64,000 nt of DNA from an uncultured Acidobacteriota bacterium (GTDB lineage Bacteria > Actinomycetota > Acidimicrobiia > Spongiisociales > ZC4RG35): assembly GCA_963778755.1 (NCBI GenBank), contig CAVZVJ010000011.1, positions 10,226-74,225 on the forward strand. The letters run 5' to 3'. Under the pieces are notes generated by a model. It saw only the letters and a program-made list of their open reading frames with translations, was not told the DNA's origin and did no database searches. The translations under genes and the position numbers were made by a program. This document shows positions 37,110-46,496 of this stretch, in pieces; the stretch's first letter is position 1, and each line of letters begins with the position of its first letter.

Positions 37110-37470
37110 TCGTCAGATCGGTGGTCATCGCATTGGCGGCGGCGATCGGGCTTGCCAGGGTCACCAGGATCGAGCCACCGCCGGCGGGAACCGTTGCGGT
37201 GCCGCTCACATTGGTTACCCCGTTGCTCACCGTCAGGGACAGCGCCCCGTTGCCACAGGCGGCAGCGATATTGGAAACGGTGACCGAGACGACATTCGTC
37301 CCCGAAAGTGTGCGGACGATGGTGACGCCGTCGGCGTCACACGCCGTCACGGCTGCGTTTGCGCCTGCCAGGGTCTGGGAGCCGGAGGGCAGGTTCGCTG
37401 CCAACCCGGGCGCGATGGTGGCCACGATCGTTACGACCGCGGCCACCATTCCGATCAACCAGCGTCTCAT
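37096..37470 (-). CDS. Small secreted pilin/fibre-like protein
   Basis: Signal peptide, then AANLPSGSQTLAG...TAC, a second Cys, beta-rich; paralogous to 37492..37881. Confidence 0.7.
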   Translation of the reverse strand: MRRWLIGMVAAVVTIVATIAPGLAANLPSGSQTLAGANAAVTACDADGVTIVRTLSGTNVVSVTVSNIAAACGNGALSLTVSNGVTNVSGTATVPAGGGSILVTLASPIAAANAMTTDLTIVGA

Positions 37471-37491
37471 CGCGTGGTTCTCTCGATACGT

Positions 37492-37881
37492 TTAGCCCGA
37501 GATGACCAGGTGCACTCCGAGGACACTGGCGGCGCTTATGTTGGCCGCACTGAAGTCGGCGGTGAACGAGGTACCGGAGCCTGGCGTGGTGCCGGTCATC
37601 TCGCCGAGCAATGCGTTTGCCGTGCCGGTGAGACTGATTCTGTAGGGCTTGGTGAAGCAGCCGGCAGCCATTCCGTTGACGGTCACGACGCCGACCCGAT
37701 AGCTGGACCCAGCCACATAGGAGGTCGCATAGGTCACGGTCAGCGGGGTCGCCTGGCAGGCCGCGACAGTGGCACTGCCGGCGCCGAGGGTGTCCGTATT
37801 GACGGTAAGGCTGGCAGCGAGCCCGAAGACGGCACCAAATACCGCTCCAGCCACCAGCAGGGCGATCAAGATTCGTTTCAT
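37492..37881 (-). CDS. Small secreted pilin/fibre-like protein (first gene of the SipW operon)
   Basis: MKRILIALL signal, then AASLTVNTDTLGAG...AAC, a second Cys, beta-rich; AGGAAG RBS. Confidence 0.75.
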   Translation of the reverse strand: MKRILIALLVAGAVFGAVFGLAASLTVNTDTLGAGSATVAACQATPLTVTYATSYVAGSSYRVGVVTVNGMAAGCFTKPYRISLTGTANALLGEMTGTTPGSGTSFTADFSAANISAASVLGVHLVISG

Positions 37882-38016
37882 ACCACGTCTTCCTAGATCA
37901 GGGAACCTGTGTTCTATCGCCACGAAAAGGCGGAACCTTGAGTAGGTCGCCCGACCTCAATCGTCAGACAGCAAGGGACTTTTGGCATGCTCTGATGGCG
38001 TATCGTCCGGCCGGAT

Positions 38017-39509
38017 ATGGCCACCGAATCGTTCGATGTCGTTGTCGTGGGCGCAGGCGCCGCTGGATGCGTTGCTGCCGCCCGGCTCGCCGAGTCGAGC
38101 TCCCGATCGGTGCTACTCCTCGAGGCCGGTCCCGACCTCAGAGCGACGCCGACCCCAGAGATCGCGCGATGGATGGGGCTTTCCCAAGGACCACCACTGG
38201 GGTCTCCAATCCGAGCCTGACCGGAACGGTGCTGCCGCTCCTTTGCGGAGGGGCAAGCTCGTAGGCGGAACGTCCTGGGTAACGAGGTTTGTCGTCCACG
38301 GGTCCCCGGCCGATTTCAACGAATGGGCCGACTTAGGCAACCCGGGGTGGGGATTCGATGATGTCCTCCCCTATTTCAAGAGGATCGAATCCGACCTCGA
38401 CTTCGGCCACCAGCTCTGGCATGGGGACAGCGGCCCGATCCCGGTGAATCGCTATCGCGACTTGTCGTCCAGCGCCACGCTGTCAGCCGCGAACGAAGCA
38501 ATAGCGGGCGTGGGCTTCCCAGCGATCGACGACCACAATGCGCCTGGAGCAGTGGGCGTGGGGAGGATGCCGATGAGCTCTCGAGGCGGCTCCAGAGTGA
38601 GCGCTGCAGACGCCTACCTCCCGGTCGGAGCAACACCTCCCAGCCTGACGATTCGATCCGGGACACAAGTCGCGCGGATCCTCTTTCGAGGGGACCCGCG
38701 CTCGCGGTGTGGAGCTCGTCGACGGATCGATTATTGAGGGGGGTCATGTCGTGCTCTCCGCCGGTGTCTTTGGAAGCCCTTCGATCCTGCAGCGTTCGGG
38801 GATCGGACCTTCGGACCATCTGGGCACGCTCGACATTCCCATCCTGGTTGACCTCCCCGGCGTCGGGGCCAATTTCGGCGACCATCCCAGCTTCGAGCTG
38901 GAGTGTGAGTTCACAGGCGAGGCTCTGGAGGCCCCGATTCTCCATTCGATAGCCACCTTCCACAGCCAGATGACCTCGGCGAACGAGCCACCGGACCTGA
39001 TGCTGTGGGTGGCGGACCCGATTGCATCTCCAGGGGAGCCGCCGGCGTTTGGGGTCGAGGTGGTTCTGCTCAGGCCGAAATCGAGGGGGAAGGTGCTGCT
39101 TGGTTCAGCCGATCCGATGGATCAACCCCGGGTCTATCGGCCCGATCTGGTGGAGGAAGTCGACGTCGACCGACTGGCAGAGGGCTATGCGGTGGCGCTC
39201 GAAGTGGTGAATCGTCCGGAGCTCCGCGACGTCTGCCGTCCACTTGGCCCTGACGCCACGGATTCCGAAGCGATTCGCCAGGCGATTCGCGGTGACAGCT
39301 ACTCGATCCCGCATTTCGTCGGAACCTGCTCGATGGGCCCGGACCCAGATCAGGGCGCCGTCGTCGATTCATCGGGTCGAATCCACGGAGCCCAGGGGCT
39401 CAGTGTGATCGACGCATCGATCATGCCCACCGTGCCCTCGGGGTTCACTCACATTTCAACGATCATGATCGCCGAGCGCCTCGCCGAAAGAGTGGGCGCC
39501 TCCGTCTAG
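38017..39509 (+). CDS. GMC-family oxidoreductase (two apparent +1 frameshifts near 38166 and 38695)
   Basis: [14 protein letters not shown] / [23 protein letters not shown] / [26 protein letters not shown] spread over three consecutive frames. Confidence 0.85.
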
Positions 39510-39510
39510 C

Positions 39511-39960
39511 TCAGGAACGTGGAGTCAGGAGGGCGATCGGGATGACGCGCTTCGCCTTCTCGTACTTGGCAAAACCCGGTGCCCGCTCGACCACCAGGTC
39601 CCGCCACAGCTCATCTCGTTCGGCGCGGTCGGCGATACGGACATCGACGTCGTGCTGCTGCTCCCCGATCTGAATCTGAGCCCGTCCAGCCGCGGCCAGG
39701 TTCTTGATCCATTGCGGTTCGGTATCCGAGCCGCCGGCGGTGGCGGCCAGCAGGTAGCCATTGTCGTGCTCGAAGTAGGCGACCGGAGTCCTTCGAGGCT
39801 TGCCCGTCGTACGACCAGGCACGGTGAGGATGAGGACAGGAACCCCTCGGGCGGAGCCTCCCACGCGCCCTTTTGATCGAACGTAGAGCCACGAGGCAAC
39901 CTTGTTGCCGGTTGCCATCATCGTCTTGGCCACTGGGTTCATCGCATTGCTCCTTGCCAA
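39511..39960 (-). CDS. Deazaflavin (F420)-dependent nitroreductase-family protein
   Basis: LTVPGRTTGKPRRTPV, ATAGG...PQWIKNL, FAKYE...RVIPIALL. Confidence 0.85.
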   Translation of the reverse strand: MARSNAMNPVAKTMMATGNKVASWLYVRSKGRVGGSARGVPVLILTVPGRTTGKPRRTPVAYFEHDNGYLLAATAGGSDTEPQWIKNLAAAGRAQIQIGEQQHDVDVRIADRAERDELWRDLVVERAPGFAKYEKAKRVIPIALLTPRS

Positions 39961-40058
39961 ACCCTAGGCCGCTTCAAGCCCATGACTGCTGACTAGTCAC
40001 TTTGTGCGTGACGTTTCTAGTCCTCTCGCGCGAAGGCCCTGTTTGCCGATCTGGAGAG

Positions 40059-40268
40059 ATGGACACTCGCACACCTGGAGATGGCACGAGCGGGCCAAAA
40101 TGCCGTGATTGCGGGAAACCGGCAAGATTCCTCATCTCCAAGGGTCTCGCTTGTGGAACCCATGCCTATGACTACCTGGTAGGGGACGAGGTCGACTCGG
40201 GCCCTCTGCCGGCACAGATCAGGTCGCTGTCGAGCAAGCACCAGCGAAGCCTGATGCGCCGTCCCTGA
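40059..40268 (+). CDS. Putative small Zn-binding protein
   Basis: GGAGAG RBS, 69 aa, CRDC...ACGTHA; no family recognised. Confidence 0.4.
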   Translation: MDTRTPGDGTSGPKCRDCGKPARFLISKGLACGTHAYDYLVGDEVDSGPLPAQIRSLSSKHQRSLMRRP

Positions 40269-40425
40269 GCAGGGAATTCACCGTCGGCCGTCCATTGCCC
40301 TGATCCCGCCTTCAGCGCGAAGTCGCCCTGTCGAGCAACCTTGGCCCGGGTCCGAACCGGCCATCGTTCTACCCACGTATGATCCTTGGGACGGCTGAGG
40401 CCACGTCTAAGGCGAAAGGACACAT

Positions 40426-40878
40426 GTGACTGACAACGACATCGAGGTCGGACCCGTCGACTACTTCGTAGTGGAGTGGCCGGCCGGCTCGCCTCCCACC
40501 GGGGAAGCTTTCCCCTACCTCGTCGATCTCGTCGACCGGGGTTTGATTCATATCCTCGACCTGGCGTTCGTCCAGAAAGACATGGAAGGCAACATCCTTG
40601 CCATGGCGCTGGGTGACTTCGACCTCGACGGCAACCCCGATCTGGCGATTTTCCAGGGCGCGGAATCAGGCCTGATTGACCACGAGGACAAGATGGAGGC
40701 CGGCGGCATCATCGAGCCAGGAACCGCAGCCGCGATATTGGTCTACGAGAACTCTTGGGCCGCCCCGTTCGCCACCGCGCTGCGCAAGACCGGCGCCAGG
40801 CTGGTGGCATATGGCCGCATCCCAATCAACGACCTGATCGCAACCCTCGACGAGCTCGAAGCCGCCGAGGCCAGCTAG
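40426..40878 (+). CDS. DUF6325/DUF1269-like protein
   Basis: GPVDYFVVEW, IHILDLAFV, ILVYENSWA, GRIP; GAAAGGA RBS. Confidence 0.8.
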   Translation: MTDNDIEVGPVDYFVVEWPAGSPPTGEAFPYLVDLVDRGLIHILDLAFVQKDMEGNILAMALGDFDLDGNPDLAIFQGAESGLIDHEDKMEAGGIIEPGTAAAILVYENSWAAPFATALRKTGARLVAYGRIPINDLIATLDELEAAEAS

Positions 40879-40889
40879 GAGGATCGAAA

Positions 40890-41180
40890 ATGCCAAGACT
40901 TATGAGAACGATGGCCCGCACGGCGGTAGTCGCTGGCACGGCAACCGCGGTTTCCAATCGGGTTTCCCGACGGCAGGCAAACAAGTGGTCGGATCAGGCT
41001 GAGGCTCAGGCCTACGAGGAGCAGCAGGCTGCCCCGCAGGCCTACGCAGCGCCCGCACCCGCGGCCCCCAGCACCGACGACAAGCTTGCACAGCTCAAGG
41101 AGTTGGGCGCCCTCAAGGAGGCCGGAGTCCTCAACGACGCCGAATTCGAGGCACAAAAGGCGAAGATCCTCGCCGGCTAG
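40890..41180 (+). CDS. SHOCT domain protein
   Basis: ARTAVVAGTATAVSNRVSRRQ N-terminus, LAQLKELGALKEAGVLNDAEFEAQKAKIL; AGGAGG RBS. Confidence 0.85.
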   Translation: MPRLMRTMARTAVVAGTATAVSNRVSRRQANKWSDQAEAQAYEEQQAAPQAYAAPAPAAPSTDDKLAQLKELGALKEAGVLNDAEFEAQKAKILAG

Positions 41181-41205
41181 CACCAGCGGGATAGCAGATT
41201 CGGAT

Positions 41206-41240
41206 ACGGGAGCGGCGCAGCCGCTCCCGTTTCTCTTGTT
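41206..41240 (+). terminator. Rho-independent terminator
   Basis: ACGGGAGCGGC-gca-GCCGCTCCCGT followed by TTCTCTTGTT. Confidence 0.8.
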
Positions 41241-41272
41241 CAGGCCCAAGAGCGCTAACCGGTCCGGGGCAA

Positions 41273-41304
41273 GTAACGATCCCGTAACGGGTCCCTCTTA
41301 GCAT
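41273..41304 (+). promoter_or_regulatory. 11-bp direct-repeat site D plus -10, leaderless start
   Basis: GTAACG-atccc-GTAACG-N9-TAGCAT, then 6 nt to GTG 41311. Confidence 0.65.
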
Positions 41305-41310
41305 CGCGGG

Positions 41311-42456
41311 GTGAGGCTCCTGAAGTTCGTGATCCTCGTCGCCGTGGGCATAGCGTTATTGGCGGCCCAACTCGGCCAAAGGCCTGCAGGTGATGTGTTA
41401 CTCGCCTGCATGGCTTTCATCATTTATGCCGCTATGGGCGGTCTGATCATCTTTCGCCACGACGGTCATCTCACTGGCTGGTTGTTGAGCTCCCTGGGCT
41501 TGGCCATTGTCCTCGCCGATGGGATCCATTCGATCCCGGGCCTATCGGAGGTGTTCGCTCAATGGGTGTCGAGCTTGTCCTGGCCCACGGTCTTTGCCCT
41601 CTTCGCCGCGTTGACCCTGACCTTTCCGTCCGGACACGGGCCTCAAGGGGGTAGTCGATGGGCCCGGCTTGGCCGGTTGACCCTGTGGGCACTCCCCGGC
41701 CTGATTGTTGTCTGCGCTTTCATTCAGACACTCGGAGGGCCTGAGGCAGATTCTCATACCCGAAATCCGATCGGCTTCCTCCCAGCCTGGGTCGGAGCCG
41801 CGGCGTTGATCCTGATCGTGGCGATCCTGATCGGTGGCTCGATCTCACTGGTGGTGAAACGGCGCCGAGCCAGCGGGGTCGAGCGCGCTCAGCTCACCTG
41901 GGTGGTCTTCGGCGTCACGCTCCTTGCTGCCTCGGTGACCCTCACCTATATCTTCCTAATCGCGTCTGTCGCCATGGGTGGAAGCGACCCGGGGGACTCG
42001 GCCTGGATAGTCGCATTTCTGGTGATGATCCTGTTTCCGGCTTCATTCGGGGTGGCGGTGCTCCGCTATCGGCTCTTCGACATCGACCGGATCGTGTCTC
42101 GGACCGTTGGATACACGCTGGTGGCCGGGACCCTGGCAGCCATATTCGCACTGGTCGTCACCGTGCTGACCTCACTTCTGAAGTCCGAGAGCGACATCGT
42201 GGTTGCCGGATCGACCCTCGCGGTCGCCGCATTGTTTAACCCGGTGAGGAGGAGAATCCAGGACTGGGTCGACCGTAGGTTCAACCGGTCCCACTATGAC
42301 GCGCGACGTGTGAGTGACGACTTCGGCCGCCAGGTCAGAGATGAGCTAGATATGGAGCGAATCGTCGAAGGTTGCGAAGAGGTCATCTCGAGGATCCTCG
42401 AGCCGACGACGCTCGGGGTCTGGATCAGAGATGATGCCACGGCGGTGCACCCATAG
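41311..42456 (+). CDS. Polytopic membrane sensor-like protein, paralogue of 6019..7254
   Basis: ERAQLTWV, LFDIDRIVSRT, NPVRRRIQDWVDRRFNRSHYD, ILEPTTLGVW; no output domain follows. Confidence 0.85.
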   Translation: MRLLKFVILVAVGIALLAAQLGQRPAGDVLLACMAFIIYAAMGGLIIFRHDGHLTGWLLSSLGLAIVLADGIHSIPGLSEVFAQWVSSLSWPTVFALFAALTLTFPSGHGPQGGSRWARLGRLTLWALPGLIVVCAFIQTLGGPEADSHTRNPIGFLPAWVGAAALILIVAILIGGSISLVVKRRRASGVERAQLTWVVFGVTLLAASVTLTYIFLIASVAMGGSDPGDSAWIVAFLVMILFPASFGVAVLRYRLFDIDRIVSRTVGYTLVAGTLAAIFALVVTVLTSLLKSESDIVVAGSTLAVAALFNPVRRRIQDWVDRRFNRSHYDARRVSDDFGRQVRDELDMERIVEGCEEVISRILEPTTLGVWIRDDATAVHP

Positions 42457-42491
42457 TCAGAGCCAGTCTCGTGACCAAGGAAGCCTGAAAG

Positions 42492-42565
42492 CGCGCCCGG
42501 GGCGACTCGAACACCCAACCTCCTGATCCGTAGTCAGACGCTCTATCCAATTGAGCTACGGGCGC
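42492..42565 (-). tRNA. tRNA-Arg(ACG)
   Basis: GCGCCCG acceptor stem, TCTGA-CTACGGA-TCAGG anticodon arm, GGGTG-TTCGAGT-CGCCC T arm; CCA not encoded. Confidence 0.95.
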
Positions 42566-42781
42566 GGAACCCTGGATTATCGCAGGGGTCTCGGGCGAAG
42601 ACCAGCCGATCGAGGACTTGGCAGCCCGTCAGACTTTCAACCTGACCGGGAATGAGACACCCCCGAATCCTCAACCGTCGTTGGGTTTGTCATCCGTTGG
42701 GGTGACCTAGGATAACTACCAGCGCGCGACTCGAAAACGCGATGATCGGCGACAGGGCAACAAAGACGAAGGGACCGAACG

Positions 42782-43105
42782 ATGAGCAATGATCGACTTT
42801 TGTTGGACACACTGATGGACATGACGGCTGCGTCGGTAGAGCGTGCCGATCTGAACAGTCGAGAGCTGATGATGGTTCGGCTAGCGGCACTTGCTGCGGT
42901 CGGCGCACCCACCGGCTCGTATCTTTTGAACATCGTCGCCGCAGCCGAAACTGACATGACCCTCGAGGACGCGCGCAGCGTCCTGATCGCTGTCGCGCCG
43001 ATCATCGGCTCCCCGAAGGTCTTGGCCGCTGCGGGCACGATTGCCGAGGCCCTCGGGATCGCCATCGAAATCGAGCTTGACGAGCTCGAGGCCAGTAGCA
43101 GCTAG
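42782..43105 (+). CDS. Carboxymuconolactone decarboxylase (CMD/AhpD)-like protein
   Basis: LNSRELMMVRLAALAAVGAP..SY, AVAPIIGSPKV. Confidence 0.75.
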   Translation: MSNDRLLLDTLMDMTAASVERADLNSRELMMVRLAALAAVGAPTGSYLLNIVAAAETDMTLEDARSVLIAVAPIIGSPKVLAAAGTIAEALGIAIEIELDELEASSS

Positions 43106-43204
43106 GCCTCTATCCACTACGCCGAGAAGGCGTTATCGAATCCACCGGAAGACTGGACACTTGAACCGTCTCAGACGGGACCGCCGCGTCTAAGGAACGA
43201 ACCC

Positions 43205-43928
43205 ATGGCACTGGATGATCGAGACGGGCTCGGCGTCGCGCCTGGCCGCGACGCCGACGTCGAGGGTTCTCGGGTCGACACGCGAGTAGATGGCGTGCAG
43301 GCGCGGCTCCGCAGCCCCGACCGAGTATTGGCGCTGAGCGACGGTGTGTTCGCGATCATTGTCACGATCCTGGTCCTTGAGCTCAAGGTGCCGCCGTCCC
43401 TGTCGAGCGAGTCACTGCCGCGGGCTCTTCGAGGAGCTCCGACCCACGCTGATTGCGTGGGTGATCAGCTTCTTGATCGCGGGCATGTACTGGGTTGCGC
43501 ATCGTGACCTCTTCGCTCGGGTCCGCTTCGTCAACAGGGACCTCGTATGGCTGAACTTGTTGTTCCTTATGCCCGCGAGCATCATTCCCTTCGCCGCGTC
43601 AGTCCTCGGCGAATACCCCGACGAGCCGGTCGCCATCTACCTTTACGGCGTCGTCATGATCACGGCATCGGTCATGCGACTCGTCCTGTACTCGTACGTG
43701 ATCAGACGTCCCAGTCTGTTATGGACCGCGGAGGGCACCCGGTACGGGCTCGGCTACTTCCTCGTCTCAGCTCCGATCGCCGTTTACGCCCTCGCTATGG
43801 TCGTCGCCGAGGCGGCGCCATCGGTGAGCGTCGTCCTGTACTTCGCGGTCCCGATACTCTATTTCCTTCTCGTCACGATCCTGCGCGAAGGACGCAACAC
43901 GTGGGCCACGGCCGACGACTTCTCGTAA
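43205..43928 (+). CDS. TMEM175/DUF1211-family K+ channel (apparent +1 frameshift near 43412)
   Basis: RVLALSDGVFAIIVTILVL (FSD-like motif), then ISFLIAGMYWVAH, WLNLLFL...IPF in the next frame. Confidence 0.8.
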
Positions 43929-44139
43929 CGTGAGACCGCCCCAACGGCCGACTCGTCGAGCCAGGTCAATAGTCAAACGCTTCATCCAATTCAGGTACGG
44001 GCGCTGACCACAGGATGGAACGCGAGCTTCCCATTGATCGGAAGCCTCGGCCCTGTCCCGTTGAGCGACGATTCCCAAGGCGACGCAAACTCACACGATT
44101 TCAACCTCCGTCCCGGACTACATGAAACGCAGAACGATA

Positions 44140-44180
44140 TCAACATTGTTGTTGACAAAGTGGAAGTTCGACTTAAGAAT
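44140..44180 (+). promoter_or_regulatory. SigA-like promoter with overlapping palindromic operator
   Basis: TCAACA-ttgt-TGTTGA overlaps TTGACA (44152); 17 nt to AAGAAT; ATG 8 nt later. Confidence 0.5.
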
Positions 44181-44188
44181 ATTCAAAT

Positions 44189-44500
44189 ATGGAATCAGAT
44201 CGCTGGGTTGACCGGCTTTCGGTGGAGGATCTCGCTTTCCTGAAGCGGTTCCTCCTCGCCTCCGGCACGCTGAAGGACTTGGCCGCCGAATACGGCATCT
44301 CATATCCGACGGTGCGTCTGCGACTCGACCGGCTTATCGAGAAGGTCAGGCTTCTCGATGAGGCGGCCCCGAACGGAAAGTTCGAGACTCAGCTCATCTC
44401 ACTGTTCGCCGAAGGAGCCATCGATGAGAAGAACTTTCGCACGCTGGTCGAGGCACACAGAGCCGACCTGGAACAGAAATCGAGGATCGAAGGTGCGTGA
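44189..44500 (+). CDS. DUF2089-family HTH protein
   Basis: EDLAFLKRFLLASGTLKDLAAEYGISYPTVRLRLDRLI. Confidence 0.85.
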   Translation: MESDRWVDRLSVEDLAFLKRFLLASGTLKDLAAEYGISYPTVRLRLDRLIEKVRLLDEAAPNGKFETQLISLFAEGAIDEKNFRTLVEAHRADLEQKSRIEGA

Positions 44501-45185
44501 TCGACACCGGTGGCTCATGCTCATACCCGTGGCATTCGTCGTGGCCGCACCGCTGGTGGCCCTGGCAAAGTCGGAGATCGATTGGAGTTCGACCGAGCCC
44601 CTCACGGGGACGGTGGTGGAGGGAAACCTATTTGTCGAAGCCAATGAAGGGGGCGTCTATCCCCTCCTGGTGATCGAAGAGCCGGAAGTGCAGCCGCCGC
44701 ATTTCCAGATCGACGGCACCATCCGTCATGAGGACGTCGTCGGAACTGCCTACTTCGAGATGTGGACCGTGCTCCCGGATGGAAGCCGGTACTTCACCCG
44801 CACCCTTGCCGACTCAGGGCCGCTCGAATCAATGACCGGCACCTCTGAGGAGCGGCCATTCTCTCTGCCATTTGAATTGGGCGAAGGGGGACCGGTCCCG
44901 ATCCGGCTCGAGATCAACCTGGTTACCGAGGGCTCGGGGCAATTCTGGGTGGGCCCATTGACCATCGGCCCTACCGTTGCCGAGGCGGCCACGACCACGG
45001 CCCCACCCACCACATCTGGGGCGACTGAGGACAACGGAGCGGTCGGCGAGACGACTATTCGGTGGGGCATTGCTGCCCTGCTGGTGGTTGGCGCCGCCGC
45101 TTCATTCGGTTGGTTTCGTTCCGTCCGCAGAAGACGTGCGGAGGAGCAACGCCGGATGAACGCGATGGACTCGCTCGGGTCCTAG
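44493..45185 (+). CDS. Hypothetical secreted, C-terminally membrane-anchored protein
   Basis: Signal peptide, beta-rich domain (AYFEMW...YFTRTL), Thr-rich linker, C-terminal TM with basic tail; overlaps the DUF2089 stop. Confidence 0.65.
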   Translation: MRDRHRWLMLIPVAFVVAAPLVALAKSEIDWSSTEPLTGTVVEGNLFVEANEGGVYPLLVIEEPEVQPPHFQIDGTIRHEDVVGTAYFEMWTVLPDGSRYFTRTLADSGPLESMTGTSEERPFSLPFELGEGGPVPIRLEINLVTEGSGQFWVGPLTIGPTVAEAATTTAPPTTSGATEDNGAVGETTIRWGIAALLVVGAAASFGWFRSVRRRRAEEQRRMNAMDSLGS

Positions 45186-45276
45186 CGACTCGGGCTGACG
45201 TCGGTGAATGTTGCCCGCATCGGTTGGACTGGCCGACGTAGCATCTGCGCACGATGCCGTACCAAGGAGTGCACCC

Positions 45277-45661
45277 GTGATCAGATGGCTCATTTCAGCC
45301 CTTCTCTACCTCGCCGCTAATGCCCTCGGACTCTGGATCGCCGACCTCGTATTGGACGGCATGAGCCTCTCCGGGTCGGCGTTCATCACAGCGGTCCTGC
45401 TCTTCACCCTCGTCGAGGTACTCGTTTCGCCGCTGTTCACGCAGATGACGTTGAAAGGCTCTGGGGCCATGCGAGGAAGTGTGGCCTTGGTTGCTACCTT
45501 CGTGGGCCTTCTGGTCACGTCACTGGTCAACGAAGGCCTCACGATCGATGGCTTCACGCACCTGGATCGCGGCGACGGTGATCGTCTGGCTGGCTGCATT
45601 GCTCGCAGGTCTGATCCTGCCTCTGATCTTCGTGAAGAAGGCAGTGGAGGACAACAACTAA
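45277..45661 (+). CDS. 4-TM phage-holin-family (superfamily IV-like) membrane protein (apparent +1 frameshift near 45557)
   Basis: AAGGAG RBS; ANALGLWIADLVLDG...LTIDGF continues as TWIAATVIVWL in the next frame. Confidence 0.7.
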
Positions 45662-45678
45662 CACGGCGCGAGGCAGCG

Positions 45679-46382
45679 TTGAGCCCTGATTGTTGCGGTC
45701 AACCCGCGGACCCGGACGGTGGGAAAGAGGAAGACTCGACAGCCCGCATTGCGCGAGCTTTCGACCGCCAGAACGCGGGCCTATCGAGCGACCCTGCCAA
45801 ATGGCCCAGGCCGTCCCCGGTTACGTTGCGTCTGCTCGAGATGCTCGACGACGTGACCACGGTTCGCCCAACAGTGCTCGAGATCGGCTGCGGAACAGGA
45901 GCGGCATCGGTCCGACTTGCCCAGCAGGGCGCCCGCCAGGTAACCGGGATCGACCTTTCGCCCTCCAGTATCGAGATTGCCCTGCAGCGGGCGGAGAATG
46001 CCGGCCTGGATGACACCCAGATCAGTTTCGTGGTGGGTGACGGAGCCTCGTCAGCCCTCGAGCCCCATGATTGGGTAATCCTGGATCGGGTGATCTGCTG
46101 CTATCCCAGCGTCGAGCGTCTGCTCGCCAATGCTGCCGCCGCGGCGGGAAGTCGGTTGGCCTTTGCCGTGCCTGAGTCGAAGGGGTGGCGAGGTTCACTG
46201 GTGGCCTGTCGGATGGAAGGCAGAGCACCTGTGGGACTCTGATGCTCCTGCGCCCGACGTCTCCCGGTTATGTCCATGACGTGTCTGCCATACAGGGCAT
46301 CATCGAAGGCGCTGGTTTCCGGATGACCAGAGACACTCGCCACGGTCTCTGGTACGCGGCGGTATTCGATCGGGTGAGTTGA
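45679..46382 (+). CDS. Class I SAM methyltransferase, BchM-like (frameshift(s) near 46200-46240)
   Basis: LEIGCGTG, GIDLS, ILDRVICCYP; C-terminus PGYVHD...AGF...LWYAAVF is in another frame. Confidence 0.7.
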
Positions 46383-46496
46383 CGACCTATTGATCCTGAG
46401 GCCCAGGCAACTGGACCACGCACCAAGTATGTCAGCGGCGCCACACGGGTACATCCCGCTCATGTCGACCCGGTGTGGTGCCGATCTTTGAGGGCG

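Noticed and set aside
37882-38016. c-di-GMP or c-di-AMP riboswitch upstream of the fibre operon
   Set aside because: Only a short hairpin (TTGAG.AGGTCG-CC-CGACCTCAA) is visible; the conserved aptamer motifs could not be matched.
45208-46242. Holin-methyltransferase fusion protein
   Set aside because: One extra base near 45557 skips the holin stop at 45661; each half has its own plausible start and end.
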